Positions 42,851 to 57,726 of a stretch of DNA of 64,000 bases are shown piece after piece; the first letter of the stretch is position 1; every line of letters begins with the position of its first letter. The DNA comes from Plasmodiophora brassicae (Eukaryota), in the NCBI GenBank assembly GCA_036867785.1, contig CP145418.1, positions 868,001-932,000 of the forward strand, given 5' to 3'. Position numbers and translations under genes: made by a program. The notes under the pieces are model-generated. The model made no database searches, was not told the origin of the DNA, and saw only the letters and a list, made by a program, of their open reading frames with translations.

Positions 42851-43084
42851 TCTCGTCGCTCTAAGCCCAAGGAACGTTTGATCGAGTCGGTTAACACGGT
42901 ACGGAAGGATATGAACATATCTATACTGTGCAGTACTGTACCTGCTTACCTAGGGCCCATGACGGGTCGCGCTCATGTGACGATGGTGGTGCTACGTTTC
43001 TGCAAGCTCTGCCTCTGCGGCCTGCAGAGCTCGCAGAGTGCAGCCGCCTGCCCTGTGCCTGGCCTGCGAGTCGCAGACGTACAA

Positions 43085-45314
43085 TGGATGTCGGTGCCGT
43101 CCGATCGCTGACGGACGCCATCAACGCCAGGACCGTCGCCTGCTGGCCCGACGACAGACTCGTCCAGGACGCTTTGGCAAAGGCGATCGCGTTCATCGAC
43201 GGCGACCAGTACGGGGATGCTGTTCGCGCGTTGGACGCGGCCCTGCAACAACACCCCCGGAATGATGCTCTGCTAATTGTTCATGCAGTCGCCGCTCTTC
43301 TGCAGGGACGCCCACGTGCGTCATTGGCCAGTCTGGCGATGGTGCCGGCCACGTCCCCGCTGGCGGCCAGCGCCTCCCAGCGTGTCGCTGAGATACGCGA
43401 TCGTCTACGCCGGATTGAGTCCTCGAAGCGGAAGGCGTATCGCCTGCAGCGCAACGGGAACCATCACGAATGCGTCCACGAGTGCGAGAAGGTCTTAGCG
43501 GCCAACAGCGATGAACCAGGCGTGCATGCCACGCGTATCATCAGCCAGGTCGCCATCGGCAACCGGCAGGCGGCCCTGGAATCCTGCCAGGCCAGGATAA
43601 ACAGCGCCGACGATGACGTCCTGGAGCGCGACCTTCTACAGGCTGTTCTGGAATTCGCAGGTCGGGACGCGACGCCTGGCGAACGCTTGTCGTACATGGC
43701 CGACGTCGTCGGGTTCGTCGCCGGGTGCGACAGCATCCCCGATGGGTTCCATCTGGTCGACCTCGACACCGACCCGCGTATGCACCGGTTCGTCTGCTCA
43801 ACCGACCTGGTCCTGGCCATGATGAAGCACCATCGCGTCCCGTACGCGATTGTCGTCGTCATCGACTCCCGCATCGATCCCGCTCTTCGCGATATCATGT
43901 CAGTAACGTCTTGCGATTGGACGGCGATTCGCTAACACGAACGGCAGGGAGCGCGCCAAGCAGGCTGTTCCAGCTGGAGTCGGACGTGACACTACCCTGC
44001 GTCATCTGGCGCGTTTCGTCATCGACCTAGGAAGAAGCGCTTGTCGAGAAGCACCGGCAGGCGAGCAGGACGCTGTTCGTGCCGTACTGCTGGGGTCGAC
44101 GTCGCCTTCTTCGTTCACGAGGTACAACGCGGTCCTGTTCAAGTACCTGGCGGACGCCCTCGGTTTAGAGGGCGTCCGCCTGGTATCCCGCGGCAGGAAT
44201 GCCTGGAACGAGATTGATAACGGGTCGTCGGCGACGGTCATCGCCCTGGAGTCGACCAGCGACACGATCATGTTCGACGAGGCGTCGTCGCATGCGGCCA
44301 GCATTCGCCTGCGACGATCGGTGGTGCCGCGCGCGGGTTCTCCCTTCATGCAGGACCGCTTCCGGGACATTCGGGTGCGCGTCAGGCGCTGCCGACGGTC
44401 GCTGAAGACGCTGGCGACGATTGGGAAGAAGTACGTCGAATGCTATGCGGTGCAGAGGAGCACCCGGCAGCAGATCCAGAAGAACAGCTCGAATCGCATC
44501 AACGACCTGTTGCACTTACAGCATCCGGCTCTGCTCGGATTCACCGATATCCTCCTCAACGACCAAGGAGGATGGACATGCGTCAGCCCGACGACCCCAG
44601 AGCTGGTCCCACTCAGCAACCTCGTCGCCCGAGCGCGATACCGGATCCCGCTGTGTACGTCCCTCCGAATCGCTCTGGAAATCGCCACGGTGTCAACGTT
44701 TGCTGGTCATTAAGGAGGGCTCCGCTGACCTTGCTTGACATGATTGTAGGGTCTGCAGGTTCTGCACGACAGCGGGATCATCCATGGCAACCTGCAACCC
44801 GGTTCCGTGCTCTGCGATTGGGACGAAGTCAGCGGCGATGTCGTGGACGTACGCCTGTCGGCGTACGGCACTTCGAACCATTGCCTGGACCTTGACGAAC
44901 TCACGCCGCTCTTTGCTCGCGAGCGGCAGCGGTCAACGCGACAGGGTGACATCCTGGCGCTGGCAACCATCCTCATGGTGCTGTTAGTCGGTGATCCTCC
45001 GCCAACGCTCGGCCCTGGCCAGTCCAACTACGCCCTGCTCAGGTACCATGCGATGCTGGTGCAGGTCGCCAACGCGTCTGAAACGAGGTCGTGCGCCTAG
45101 GAGTGCGTTGCTCGATCGGAACGCGGCCTACCGATTGCCCGACAGCTTGCCGTCCGATGTTGCCACGCTTCTGTTCGACTGCCTGAACGAATCGGAGAGC
45201 TTGCGGCCAGCCGCTGCGACCTGTGCCCGTCGCCTGCGACAAATGCTGACGCGTACGTGGTGCCGACGGACGCAGTCGGCATCGGAACTCATACATGAGT
45301 GTACTCCCACCTGA
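43085..45314 (+). CDS. TPR + EDR1-like domain + protein pseudokinase, multi-exon
   Basis: TPR-like helices; IPDGFHLVD..VVVIDSRIDPAL and AVLFKYLADALG..VRLV..NAWN; kinase LQHPALL, GLQVLHDSGIIHGNLQPGSVL, LRP. Confidence 0.7.
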
Positions 45315-45488
45315 TCCTCGTTTTCGTGACGCACCAATCCCGACGTTGAGTCATCCCTGCTAATGTCGTGACTCATAGCGGCGGCAGTAGCGCCCCACAT
45401 CCCGGCCGGTGCTTCCCATTATCAGATTTCGGGTGATTGTGTGCACCGGGCGTCCAAAGTTTGGGAGGCGTGCGCGTGCAGGGGACAT

Positions 45489-45858
45489 CATGGTGCTGTT
45501 TCGCGCCATGGTTGTGTCCGTTGTCGCCATCGTAATCGTAGTCATTGTGGCTGGCCCTGTTGACGGGTCCGCTGCACCCCGTTTCGAAGCGTTGGCGGAA
45601 ACGACAGCGCCGTCACCAACGAAACCATCACAGGCGGCGAGCCAGCCCAGTAAAGCGTTAGCGGGCAAGCATGACGCATCCTCATCATCATCATCAGGAA
45701 AGCCTCGCACGCACAGCCTGTGGAAAAAGTACCAATGGATCTGGATCACCCTCATCATCCTCCTGGCGGTCGTTCCTCTAGTCCTCATGGCTGTCTGCTA
45801 TTGCCAAACTGGGTCCTGGTGTCGCCGCCAACGCGGAGCCGATATCGACCCGCTATAG
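45489..45858 (+). CDS. Small single-pass membrane protein (signal peptide, Ser/Thr/Pro stalk, TM helix)
   Basis: MVLFRAMVVSVVAIVIVVIVAGPVDG...WIWITLIILLAVVPLVLMAVC; the 3' end may be spliced further. Confidence 0.6.
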
Positions 45859-46237
45859 GGCATCCCTGTACGTGTCGCTGATTAAAGCATCAGCACCTTT
45901 GTTCATAGCATCACCTGCGTGAAGGTACGGCGCGCGCTGGGACTGCGCCACAGGGTATGTGGGCGTGTCTCGGCCGCGTTTATTGACTGGTGACGGGACT
46001 GTCAGCGTCGGTTCCGCGCCGGTTCCGCAGCCACAAATTGGGGTGCCTGTTTTGGGGTGCGCGCGCGACTGACTGGTCAGGGCCAGCGCGCCTGGCCCCG
46101 CGTGTCTGCTCTTGCCAAGGGACGGTGACGTCCGCAGGCGACGTCGCTCGGTCCAACTCAGCACGGCACCCCGCGCGTTACTGGAACGACGTCCTCCGTA
46201 GGCGACGTCACCATTTCCAATAATCGGGTCGTCGGGG

Positions 46238-49200
46238 ATGGCGTCGAGGCCCGCGCCGCGACATCGCCGGTCGGCGTCCACGGCGCGCCCGGAAAGGCAC
46301 AACGACTGCGTCTTTACGAGCCAGACCTGGGCGCGTCACGCGACCAAGGAGCTGCTTCGGGCGTCTACCGCGGTACGGGCTCAGTTGTCCTGCATCGAAA
46401 GTCGGGTCTCTGATTAGGAAGTGTACAAGGTCGATAATGTCTGCCATGCGATCGTAACGGCAAGGACGGCGTATGGCGATGGTGACATCTTGGATGAGCT
46501 TAGGAGACTGGCATTGACCGTTGCCGTTCTTGAACGATCATTGTTCGCGTATGCGGATCGAATTCGGATTCACTCCACTGCTCCTAAGGCGGTACCACAC
46601 GCTTCGGCTGAAGTGGTTCGCCCTCCGACGATCAGCAGCCTTGGCGCGTTTATGGCGACGGCGCCTATGCCCCCACCGTCCTCCGATTCGCCTCCGAGGG
46701 CGAACACCAACTCGGCTGGATCTCTTGTCGGGCTGGTGGCCAACGGCGAACCCGCTACTGAAACCTCGTCGGTCAACGTTGGCCCGAACGCACATAGTCC
46801 CGAAAAGGCGCCGGTCGAAAGGCCTGCTTCCGTAGATGTGGGCAGACGTTCCCCACCGGAAGAACCATCTCGTGCGTCCGGAAAAGCCCCTGAAACAACA
46901 GCACCTGCATCTGTCAAGTCGCCAAATGGTGCCTCGGATGCCCGACTAGGTGTGGGTGTTTTCCTTCACGATGCCGGGGACTGTGGGGAAAGGCTCCCCG
47001 ACCAACAGCGCCGGGAGACTCACAGTATCCAGAACGACGATGCCGAGAGCACGGGATCGTTTCCGTCTGTGGTCTCCCGATCGTTTCGTCGTCAGAACAG
47101 CGTATCGTCCTCAATTTCGTCGATGGAATCCTTCGAGGATGCGTCGTCTCCTACTCGTGCTAACGTTCCGGTGTCGCCCTCCACGTCAGGGATGACCGCC
47201 AACTCAATGGCTGACCTTGTCAGTACGTCAGCCACATCGGAATCTCGACGGACGCCTTGGAAGCATCCGGGCGGGATCGTTTCACTGCTCACGCTGATGC
47301 ACAAGAACCTGTCCGCCATGCGGCAGACGCTCCACCTTCTGTCGAGGTGGAGCTCCCTGCGGTCGTTCGCGCATCACTCTCCAGATTGGTGCGCATATGC
47401 ACTCGCTTCCTCTGCCTTAACAGCGTTCGCTGCTGATATTGCCCTGAGAAAGAGCTCCTGGCTGCGCCGGCTTTTCAGGAGGTCAAGCCTGTTCTCCCTT
47501 GATGTGACATGGACCGGATTTGCTATCCTGCTGGGATCTCCGCTCTGCATCATCTCCATTCTGCATTCTCGAATGCGCCAGGCTCGTTTTCGACTGCTGA
47601 GGGAGCTCCACCTTCAGCTCAGGCTGTTGCAGCAGCTATGGAGTATGGCCGTTGAACATCTTGACGAACCTCGCGCTGGAGCAGGCGTCCCCATTTCTAG
47701 ATGGACGTAAGACGCTGTTGAATTGCCCTTGTTCCAGAGTGTCTGACGCGCATGCAATAGGCTCGATTACGTTCCTCCCATTGGAATTAGCTACGCTGAG
47801 GTGTCCCGCAGCCTATGGTTCCTGTCGTACATGCTGAACGTGTTTTACGCAAGCGCAAGCGTCTGGTCATCGACATCGTCTTGTCGATGGTATGGAGTTC
47901 CGATGGCACTGGCAGCGGGAGCAACGTTCGGCATGTGCCCGCAATGGGCCGCATCCGTTGCGAGGGATTTCCTCTCGTCTCCCCGACTACGTGACGTGAA
48001 ATGTGAATGGGCGGTCGCTGACGCCTGGTTTGTGCAGCGCATTTGTTCTGTGTTCCTGGATCTGATCGACGCGTGTAGGTTGACGAAACGACTGTCGCCT
48101 GTGTTCCTGTCGATCTCGGGGAATGCGAAATCGCTTGACCTGAATCGCTTCCTCCACTACAAGGTTCCCAGTGGCCAGGACATCCGCCTGCGATGTTTGC
48201 GGCAACGTGGTGGCTCTTCAATGATAGGAGACGTATGTGTATCGCGTTCCAGTGACGTTGCCTTTGCTGACAACCTTGTTCAGATGGCACAAAACCTCGC
48301 CCGTTTCGGATCCGAGCTGTCTCCTATTGTCCTTGTTGTTCGAAGCGGCTCATGGGTGTCCAACGTCGTCGCAGCCGACATGGGCTTCTTGTGCACATGG
48401 GCGCATACGACAGGTGCCCTAGTCGTGGCTGCTGACTTCCCAATGGAAGCTGACCATGCTTTCCCCGATGCTGTCTGTGATGCCTTCGAAACATACAAGT
48501 TCGCCAACATCTGTAAACCTGGAGTGCTCTTTATACTGATTGTGCAATCAGATGGATCGTTGGTGGGGGTTTGGGGTTCGTCCCGCCTCGAGTTCGTGTT
48601 TGGCGTTTGATACGTAACGGCATTCCCGGTTCTGATTGTGGCACAGGTCGTTCTTGTTGGAGATGGTGCTGGCGGCACCCTGGCAGCGTCTCTGTGCATT
48701 CAGGCGTCGTTACGATGTGTTCGCCGACCTGATCGCCTCATACTGCTGTACCCGGCGCTGAACGTGCGTTCCACCCTGACCCCATCGCGATCCGCTTTCC
48801 CGAACGATATGATCGTCCCGGTCGCATTGCTCACACAGTCTAAGGCAATATTCATTCCCTGCAATTCTTCCGTCGAGCTGGACTTCTCTGTGGCCCCGAT
48901 GTCCGCTCCTGATCGCCTCCTTGCGTCCTTTCCGCCAACGTCGATCGTCTGCGGTGCTATAGACCCCCTCGTGCGTTTATCGTTGCACCTATATTCGGGT
49001 GTTGCACGTTTTGAATCGTTCACAACAGGTGGATGATTCGATCGATTTCGCGCACCGCCTATCGTCTGTTGGTACGTTATCGTTTATTATTCAGTGGGAG
49101 CAGGCAGTCTAAACGATGGGAATCTGTTCAGGTGTATTCTGTCAGCTGAAAGTGTACTCGAAGTTGATTCACGGGTTCCTCGGATTCGCTGCTCTTCTGC

Positions 49201-49307
49201 CTGCTGCTGCTGGTGCTGTGGACCTGGTTGGACAGTGGCTGCTGACTGGGCTGAATAGCCGCAATTCAGCTGGAGGAGGCCTTGTCACTGACAAGGTTAT
49301 TCCCTAA
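46238..49307 (+). CDS. Hormone-sensitive-lipase-like alpha/beta hydrolase with long N-terminal extension and altered catalytic motif, multi-exon
   Basis: ADF..EADHAFPDAVCD, VVLVGDGAGG, LILLYP, FPPTSIVCGAIDPL|DDS, LIHGFL. Confidence 0.8.
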
Positions 49308-49371
49308 CTGCATAAGTAAATATATATGTATTTCGAAACGCGTCGTGACCGTCTGCCTTCGACGGCCTGGT

Positions 49372-50453
49372 TCACTGAGCGGCCTGGGTCGGTTTCTGGA
49401 TGATGAACGCCCAGTGGTTCTTGTTCAGCTCGTTCCGCTGGGCAGTTTCTGGCGTGATTTCTCCATTGAACTCCTGCTTCATCGTCTGGTTCTTCGCCAC
49501 TTCCGCGAACGTCTTGGCGCACACTTCGTACTCGACCCCGAAATCGTTGTCGAACTTCACCGTGTCGGAACTCAGCGCCTGGCGCGTCTGAGAGTGCACG
49601 ATCATCAACTCGGCATGGCACTGCGCGAATCAAAGTCAGCGAACGGTATCCGGCCTCCGTAATCGAGGACCTGACCGGAATTGGTTCGCCTTCCATTTCG
49701 AAGCGGATGTTCTTGTCTTTATGGTACGCTTTCCAAACGCTGTCGAACGAGTTCTTCGCTGGGTGCAGCAGGACCTGCGTCGAGCGGACTTCAGTGGGCA
49801 GGCCATTGACAGGTTGTATCCAGTCTGGCTCACCTCTTGGTTCCTGGTGTACTTCGATGCCGACAAAGGCGACACTGGCTGCGAATGCAGGTACAATGCC
49901 TTGTCGCCTGTCAGTGTCGGATGCGCGCGAAGTCGAAACGGGCTCCCAAATCGCAGGACGTCGCCAGGTGCGTTGTCGCCAACGGCCTCGATGATCTAAT
50001 GTGCTTTCATGAGCGGTTGGCATTGGGCTTCGGCATTGGTTCACGATTGCTTACGTAGACATTACGAGCAGCAGGTCCTTTGACGACCTTGCTCGTGCTG
50101 ACGCTATAAGCTTGGGACCCACCCGACACGACCATGTCGCCGATGTCGTTGGACAGGACGCCCTGTGTCCTGACAGAGTAGACCAGGACGCGGTCGCCGA
50201 AGTGCACGCACCCGTCTGTGCTGGTCGACAACTCGACTGGTTGCAGGGAATGGTTCATCTTTGCCTGGTATTTCGTGATCAGCAGCTGCCCAGCCGCCTT
50301 CCGAGCCAGGTAGTCCTTCATCCTCAGCTGCGACCAGCCTCAGTTCGTCCCTGTTGGGTCACACTCGCAGCGGCAATACTGCACCTGTTCCAGTTCATAG
50401 TCTTCGCTCCAGTTGCCGATGCGGCATTTGTGAGTGTACGACCCGTCCGCCAT
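49372..50453 (-). CDS. CFAP161: Cilia- and flagella-associated protein 161, multi-exon
   Basis: CRIGNWSEDYELE|LRMKDYLARKAAGQLLI, DGCVHFGD, RFEMEGEPI, NDFGVEYEV, NHW. Confidence 0.88.
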
Positions 50454-50668
50454 CGGCGAGCACAATGGCGATTCTGGGTGGCCGACCGACGACACCCGAC
50501 GCCTATCAATGCGGATCTTATAGAGTGTCCGATCGATAGGTACCGTTTGGCCCACATGTCGCCACTACTGCCTGAACAGGCTGAGCGGCTGTCGCACGTG
50601 GAACATTCTCGGCCAAGAGCAGTTTGTATATTTAAACGCTGAAGTAGCCATGCCGCTCGATAAATTAT

Positions 50669-51136
50669 TCATTCGCGTACCTCGCCACGTTTCTTGCTCA
50701 GGTTCACGGTCTCTCTCTTGAGGACATGAAGCAGCGTTTGCGAGCTCTCCAGTATCTGAACAGGAATCGCACCTCGTCAGTAGGGCAGCCAGACCGAGCT
50801 CAGACCGGACGGGACCTTCATGTATGCTGCCTCGGTCTCATGAATCGTCCTATCGTACTCCGTCCGCGCCGTGACCTTCTGCGCGATGCTCTCATTGAGG
50901 CGGTGCAACTTCTCGGTCAGCGTCGCCAGCTCCTTCTGCACAATGGCCTTGTCGCGTTCCTCTTTCTCAATGCATTTGCCCACGTGGTCCCTCTTCTGCC
51001 TCAAATCCTCAATGCCTATCACACCGCACCGTCTGTCACGCTCCCCCGGATCCATCCTCCCCAGCGTCCCAATCGCTTTCGTACACTTCACCAGCTCCGT
51101 GTTGTAGTTCTGAAGCGTCGCCCCCTGCGATGCCAT
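50669..51136 (-). CDS. SSNA1: SSNA1/DIP13/NA14 centrosome-axoneme coiled-coil protein, three exons
   Basis: MASQGATLQNYNTELVKC|IEDLR...YDRTIHETEAAYMK|ILESSQTLLHVLKRE. Confidence 0.95.
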
Positions 51137-51382
51137 CGTCGTCGTCGCAACGGACGTGCCCAGTCCCTGTGACCTTTCTACTGGACAGGGGCTGCGGGGG
51201 GCGGCCCTGTTGTTCAGGTCCAAAACGACGCTCCTCGTGGGCGACGTGGGCCCTGCCCCTGGCAGTTGCATGAAATGACGTTGACGTTGGCCACGTCTTC
51301 GCGAAGTCCGTTTTTGTCCCCCGTTTAGACGTGCGGCACGCACCGCCACCAGGGCCCGGCAGCGACGACGTTGCTGTCGAAC

Positions 51383-52653
51383 ATGTTGAGGGCGGCGTTG
51401 TCGCGGGGCGGGCGTCGCGGGTTGTCGTCCAGGGCGGCGGACTTCACCGAGGTGCCCATTGTCGACGTCAGCGCGCTGACGGCCGCGGGGGGCAGCGATG
51501 ACGACAAGGCGCGGGCGGCGGGCGCGATCGACGATGCGCTGCGCCGCGTCGGGTTCATGTACGTCGTCGGGCACGGGGTTGACGAAGACCTGTGCGACGA
51601 TGTCGTCCTCGCGTCGCGGGAGTTCTTCGCCAAGGAGAAGTGTGTGAAGAACCGGATTTCCATCAAGCATCAGGACCCGCCCGTATGGCTCACCTGTCGC
51701 GGATGGGACCAGTAACGCTAACGACGTGTAGGTTCGTGGCTGGCAGCGCATCGCAGATAACGTAACGGGCGGCAAGCCGGACTGGCACGAAGCCATTGAT
51801 TTCTATCGAGAATTACCGCAAGGGCACCGCCTTCTCAAGATGAACGACGCCTTGTTACACTCGTCGAATCAATGGCCAGCGCAGCCGCCTCGTTTCAGAA
51901 CGCTGTTCGAAACGTACGTTGAGCGCATGCTCAAGTTGGGCGGCAGCATCATGGAGGGCATCGCTCGTGCCTCTAAACTGCCACCTGATTACTTTTCAAA
52001 GTGCGCCGGTTGTTATTCTGGAATGATGTTGATCCGCTGAACCTGCCGCAGGTACTATGATGAATCGTTCTGGGTGCTCAGGACAATCGTAAGATCTGAC
52101 ATCCGGTATGGCTATCGTTGCCATTGTATCTGATGCCAACTTCCAGTATTACCATGCCACCGACGAGATACATCATCTGAAGAAAGACGGCGAGTTTGGC
52201 TGTGGGGAGCACACTGATTGTACGTCAACGCTGAATTGCTTATCCGACCAGCGTACAAATTTAATGTGTGTAGACGGCTGCTTAACGTTCGTCAATTGCG
52301 ATGAAGTCACAGGGGCCCTGCAAGTCAAGAACAGACAAGGGGTCTGGGTTGCCGCCGACCCAGTCCCAGGTGCGTTCATTGTTAACGTCGGGGACATGCT
52401 GAACCACTGGACGAACGGGGCGTACAAGTCCACCCCTCATCGCGTCAACAACGTTGGGGGCTGCGGTCGCGTATCAGTCCCGTTCTTCTTCGAGCCGAAC
52501 TATGACGCCCGGATCAAACCGCTGGAAGCGTTTGGCGCCAAAGACGGGTTCGAGGTCACCTTTGGCGAACACCTGTCGAAACGTGTCCTGTCGAACTTCC
52601 GCTATAGCCCAAACGTCGCCACAGACAACATGTCTCGAGGTATTGGCGGGTGA
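51383..52653 (+). CDS. 2-oxoglutarate/Fe(II)-dependent dioxygenase (IPNS/DIOX_N type), possible mitochondrial presequence, multi-exon
   Basis: VPIVDVS, GFMYVVGHGV, GEHTD, VNVGDML..WTNG.YKSTPHRV, RVSVPFFFEP. Confidence 0.92.
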
Positions 52654-52994
52654 CACGTCGCTCAATACACCAGCAGTTGCTGGGTGGCTAGGACGAACAA
52701 TGGCGAGTGGTCGCGTGAAAGCATCCGACACCGCGTACTGACGCTTTCAAGGTGGGTTCTGTTCGTACAGCAACGGCACGTGCTCGGCCCCTTTAACTGG
52801 ATAATGGTCTTGCTCGTCGTACACTGAATACGCTGACCCGCTTCCAGAGGCGCGCCCGGGAGAGACAAGACACCTACTGACCGCGGATAACATGAATCGG
52901 GCACTGCTCCAGGAGAGCTCTCTCTCTCCACCATCCACGGGTTCAGTGATCGGACGTTCTCAGTACTCTCCGATTCCGCATCCGTGCTTCGAGG

Positions 52995-53405
52995 ATGTCA
53001 CGTGGAACGCCGCTGCTCTGCATCGTCTGCTTCGCAATGATGGTTCATGGGCAGCAGGCTGCCGGGCAGGGCATCCCTGCGACCGCCGCCGGGTCGTCGC
53101 CGCCTCCATTGGCGCCCAGTGCCGGGAGCGGCCCAGGTGACGTGGTGCCGCCACCAGCGCAGAGTGTCAATACACCCAGCACGGGCCCGAATGCACCTGA
53201 AGCGTATCGCCTTGTCAGCAGCCCTGCACCTGGTCGTCCTGCAACGTCCCAGCCGTCGGACGTCCTCGTTATTCGTAATTTATCGCTGCCGAACGATGCT
53301 CGGAATCGCTACCGTATCCGGCTGCGGGACGCCTCGACGATGCAAATCCTGACACCGGATATTGCATACCCGGCTATTGCATTCGTGTCCGGAAATCTGA
53401 AGTGA
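52995..53405 (+). CDS. Small Pro-rich putative secreted protein (136 aa)
   Basis: Signal-like MSRGTPLLCIVCFAMMVHG; single ORF. Confidence 0.55.
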   Translation: MSRGTPLLCIVCFAMMVHGQQAAGQGIPATAAGSSPPPLAPSAGSGPGDVVPPPAQSVNTPSTGPNAPEAYRLVSSPAPGRPATSQPSDVLVIRNLSLPNDARNRYRIRLRDASTMQILTPDIAYPAIAFVSGNLK

Positions 53406-53612
53406 ACGTGACGCGCCGGGACCGTCGTGGACGACCTCCGTTCAATACACGGCAACCATCATGAAGACCGATTAAGACGGTGCTCTGGCACACATCATTG
53501 TGTTAAGCTTTGGGACAGACGACGTTATGCGCTCGGCGCTCTTCGTCCTCATCATCAGCGCACGGTTCTACAGTGTATACTCTGTACAACTACCTAGGGT
53601 GTCATGGGAACG

Positions 53613-54311
53613 CATTGAGATCCGCCTCGTCGAGGTCGGCATGACATGTCTAACGGCCACCGCCATCGCAATTGGCAGCAGCCTATCCGAGCTGGCACAG
53701 GCGAAGATCGCCAACGTTGCTCTCTGGATCAAAGACGCCGACATCGCCTGCGCCTTCATGATTCCCATACTGACCGCGTTCCTGTTCTTCGGCAGCCGCG
53801 TGGTCCTCATGTTGCTGTCGGAGTCCTTGTCTGAGGTGCCCAATGACATTCGATCAAACGGGTCTCGTTCATTCTCCGGTTCGCGGTCCTGGTCATCTCG
53901 CTATTGCTCTCCGCGACGACCGCCGGCATCCTGCAGGCCTCGTCGTCTGTAAGGGCCTACGTCGCAGCAATGACGGCCATCGCTGAGATCCTCAACTGTA
54001 TCTCGATAACGACCGTGTTCTCGATACATCCGCCAAACGGACCATGCGCCAGCATAGACGAAACGGTCTCGCAGGTGGGTCAGGGCGTACAGTCGCCAGC
54101 ACTGGGCCTAAGCATACGCTCACTACGACACGTCCTGGACACCACCTTCGAAAGCAGGCCAACCACTCCAGGCAACCCTGAAACGGTTTGGGAGAGCACA
54201 GCCGGAGGCCTGGTCACTGCACAGGCGAGCAGCACGGCCCAAGTTGGGGAACATTCGCAAACCCAACGAGGGACCAACGGCAGGGACGACCTGCATGCAG
54301 GACGAGTTTGA
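53613..54311 (+). pseudogene. 5'-truncated, frameshifted copy of the 41230-42850 7TM gene (TM4-TM7 and tail only)
   Basis: Homology begins at IEIRLVEVG; 6-bp deletion (LF lost) and a 1-bp deletion near 53856 (cgatcaaacgg vs cgatcgaaacgg). Confidence 0.85.
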
Positions 54312-56176
54312 ATCTACGCATTCAGCCATGTCGATAAAGACGGAACGTCAGTAACGCAGCGCCTTGTCGTATGAAGCCGTTGGCCGGGGGCCAGCAGGAC
54401 CTTCATGCCTACGATGGAGGCGACCAAGGGTTGGGGATTCCTCTGAGCATCACTTGTACTTTGCTGTGTATTCAGACCCATCATCGGCCAGGTCAACCAG
54501 GGCGTGCTCACCGGGAACCTGTCCGGACAGTTCCACAACGTGCCACGTGCCATCTATCTTGATTGAGCGCCCGCGTATCATTCCTCGCGCGCGCGGCCGA
54601 CTGCCCGACACAGGTATCGTCGCCCAAGCCCCATGGTCGTCGTGCGTCCCCTCCCAGAACATCGACGCCCGCAACGGCGCCCCCAGCCTTTCTCGAACGA
54701 TCTACGACCCGCATCAGTCGTCACCAGTCCCGGCGATCGCATCCGTTCGCCCTACAGGATGCATGCTGGCGGCATCCACCATGACCTGCAACCTGTCGCG
54801 GTCACCCCCCGTTAGCAGGCGACCAATTGAAACGGTGGTCGAAACCAGCGGTCGCACCCGTCGCCCCAGTCGATGGCGAATCGGACGGCAGCGCCAATGA
54901 CGGCCCCGGCGGTGGCGCCGACGGTCGTGTCGAGAGCCAGCAGCGCCAGGCGGGGCACCTTGCCCATTGCGGAGTTGTGAGAAAAGCGGTCGGATGCGGG
55001 TCGCCCTGGACAGTTTGTATCACCTGCGCGTCGACGATGACGTCTACGTCCCCGTGCGCATCAGGATCCAGCGGGTCCGTCTCGTGCAACCAGGTGCGAT
55101 CGCTGCCAATGTACCTGACACGGGCGCGCGCCCGCCGCAGGAGCACCTGGCAACGTTCGCTGCCAGCGACGGGCATCGAATGCGACACGTTCTGCGGGCA
55201 GTTGCAGCGCGACTGCAGTTGATCAGCGAGCGGGCGCCCCCTGAAATAACAACGGTCACTGCCAAGAGTCAAGCCCTGCCGATCCTTATCAAATGTCGGC
55301 TCTGTGAGTGACTCCTGCTGTCATGTCTGCTGACCGACGTGTCCACGCGCGCAGGTGACGCCGCGTCCATGACCGCCTGCCTCGCGCCGGTACCTGTTGC
55401 TTCATGCCGCAGTTAGCCCGTTTCTGACGGATTTGATGCCCACCTAGACACCAGGCAGCTATCGACTGGCTGTATGCGAATTTATGCATACTGGATCGCC
55501 TCGATTGATCTAGCTGTCGTGTAGGCTGACAAAGGGAGCCGTCATCTGACGCTTTGCAGGGAGACGATCGTCATCGATGCGATCCCGCCTGGTTTCCCCA
55601 TTTCGTCGTTGCCGCCTTGCGAGCGCACACGGCTGATCACTGAGGTATTCGCCCGCGCTGGAAAAGCGGAAGACAGCGAAGAGTTATAGACGCGTATTGG
55701 TCCTGCTCCTGTAAATGAATAATCTCTACGGCGATGTACTACGCTTGTTCGAGGCCGAAAGCCTGTAAGACACGTTGCGTCCCACAGGTCCATCGACGGT
55801 AACGTCAGTCAATGGGGTTGACAATGGCAACTGCCCGAGGCAACTGGCCCGGCCCGTACGGCGCAAGAGGAGCACATAGCGGTCCAGTAATAAGCTTGCC
55901 ATGCCGGTTTGCGTGGCCGAACCGTGCCGTGCGCGACAATTTCCAACTGAAGGACCGTTGTGTTGCGGGCGCCGTCTGTAGAAAGTATTGAATGAAAACA
56001 ACGCTATTGCGGTGTCTGTGCGTTTCCTTCACGAATCACGACGCCGGCATAGTCCCCTGATTATCGACGGATCAGGTGACGACGATCGAGACATATCACC
56101 ATTCAACACTCTCTGCCAACGGACACGACGTCCCTGAGTGTACCAACGGCGTCTGTATTGATGACCACACCGTGTT

Positions 56177-57726
<1,550 letters not shown>

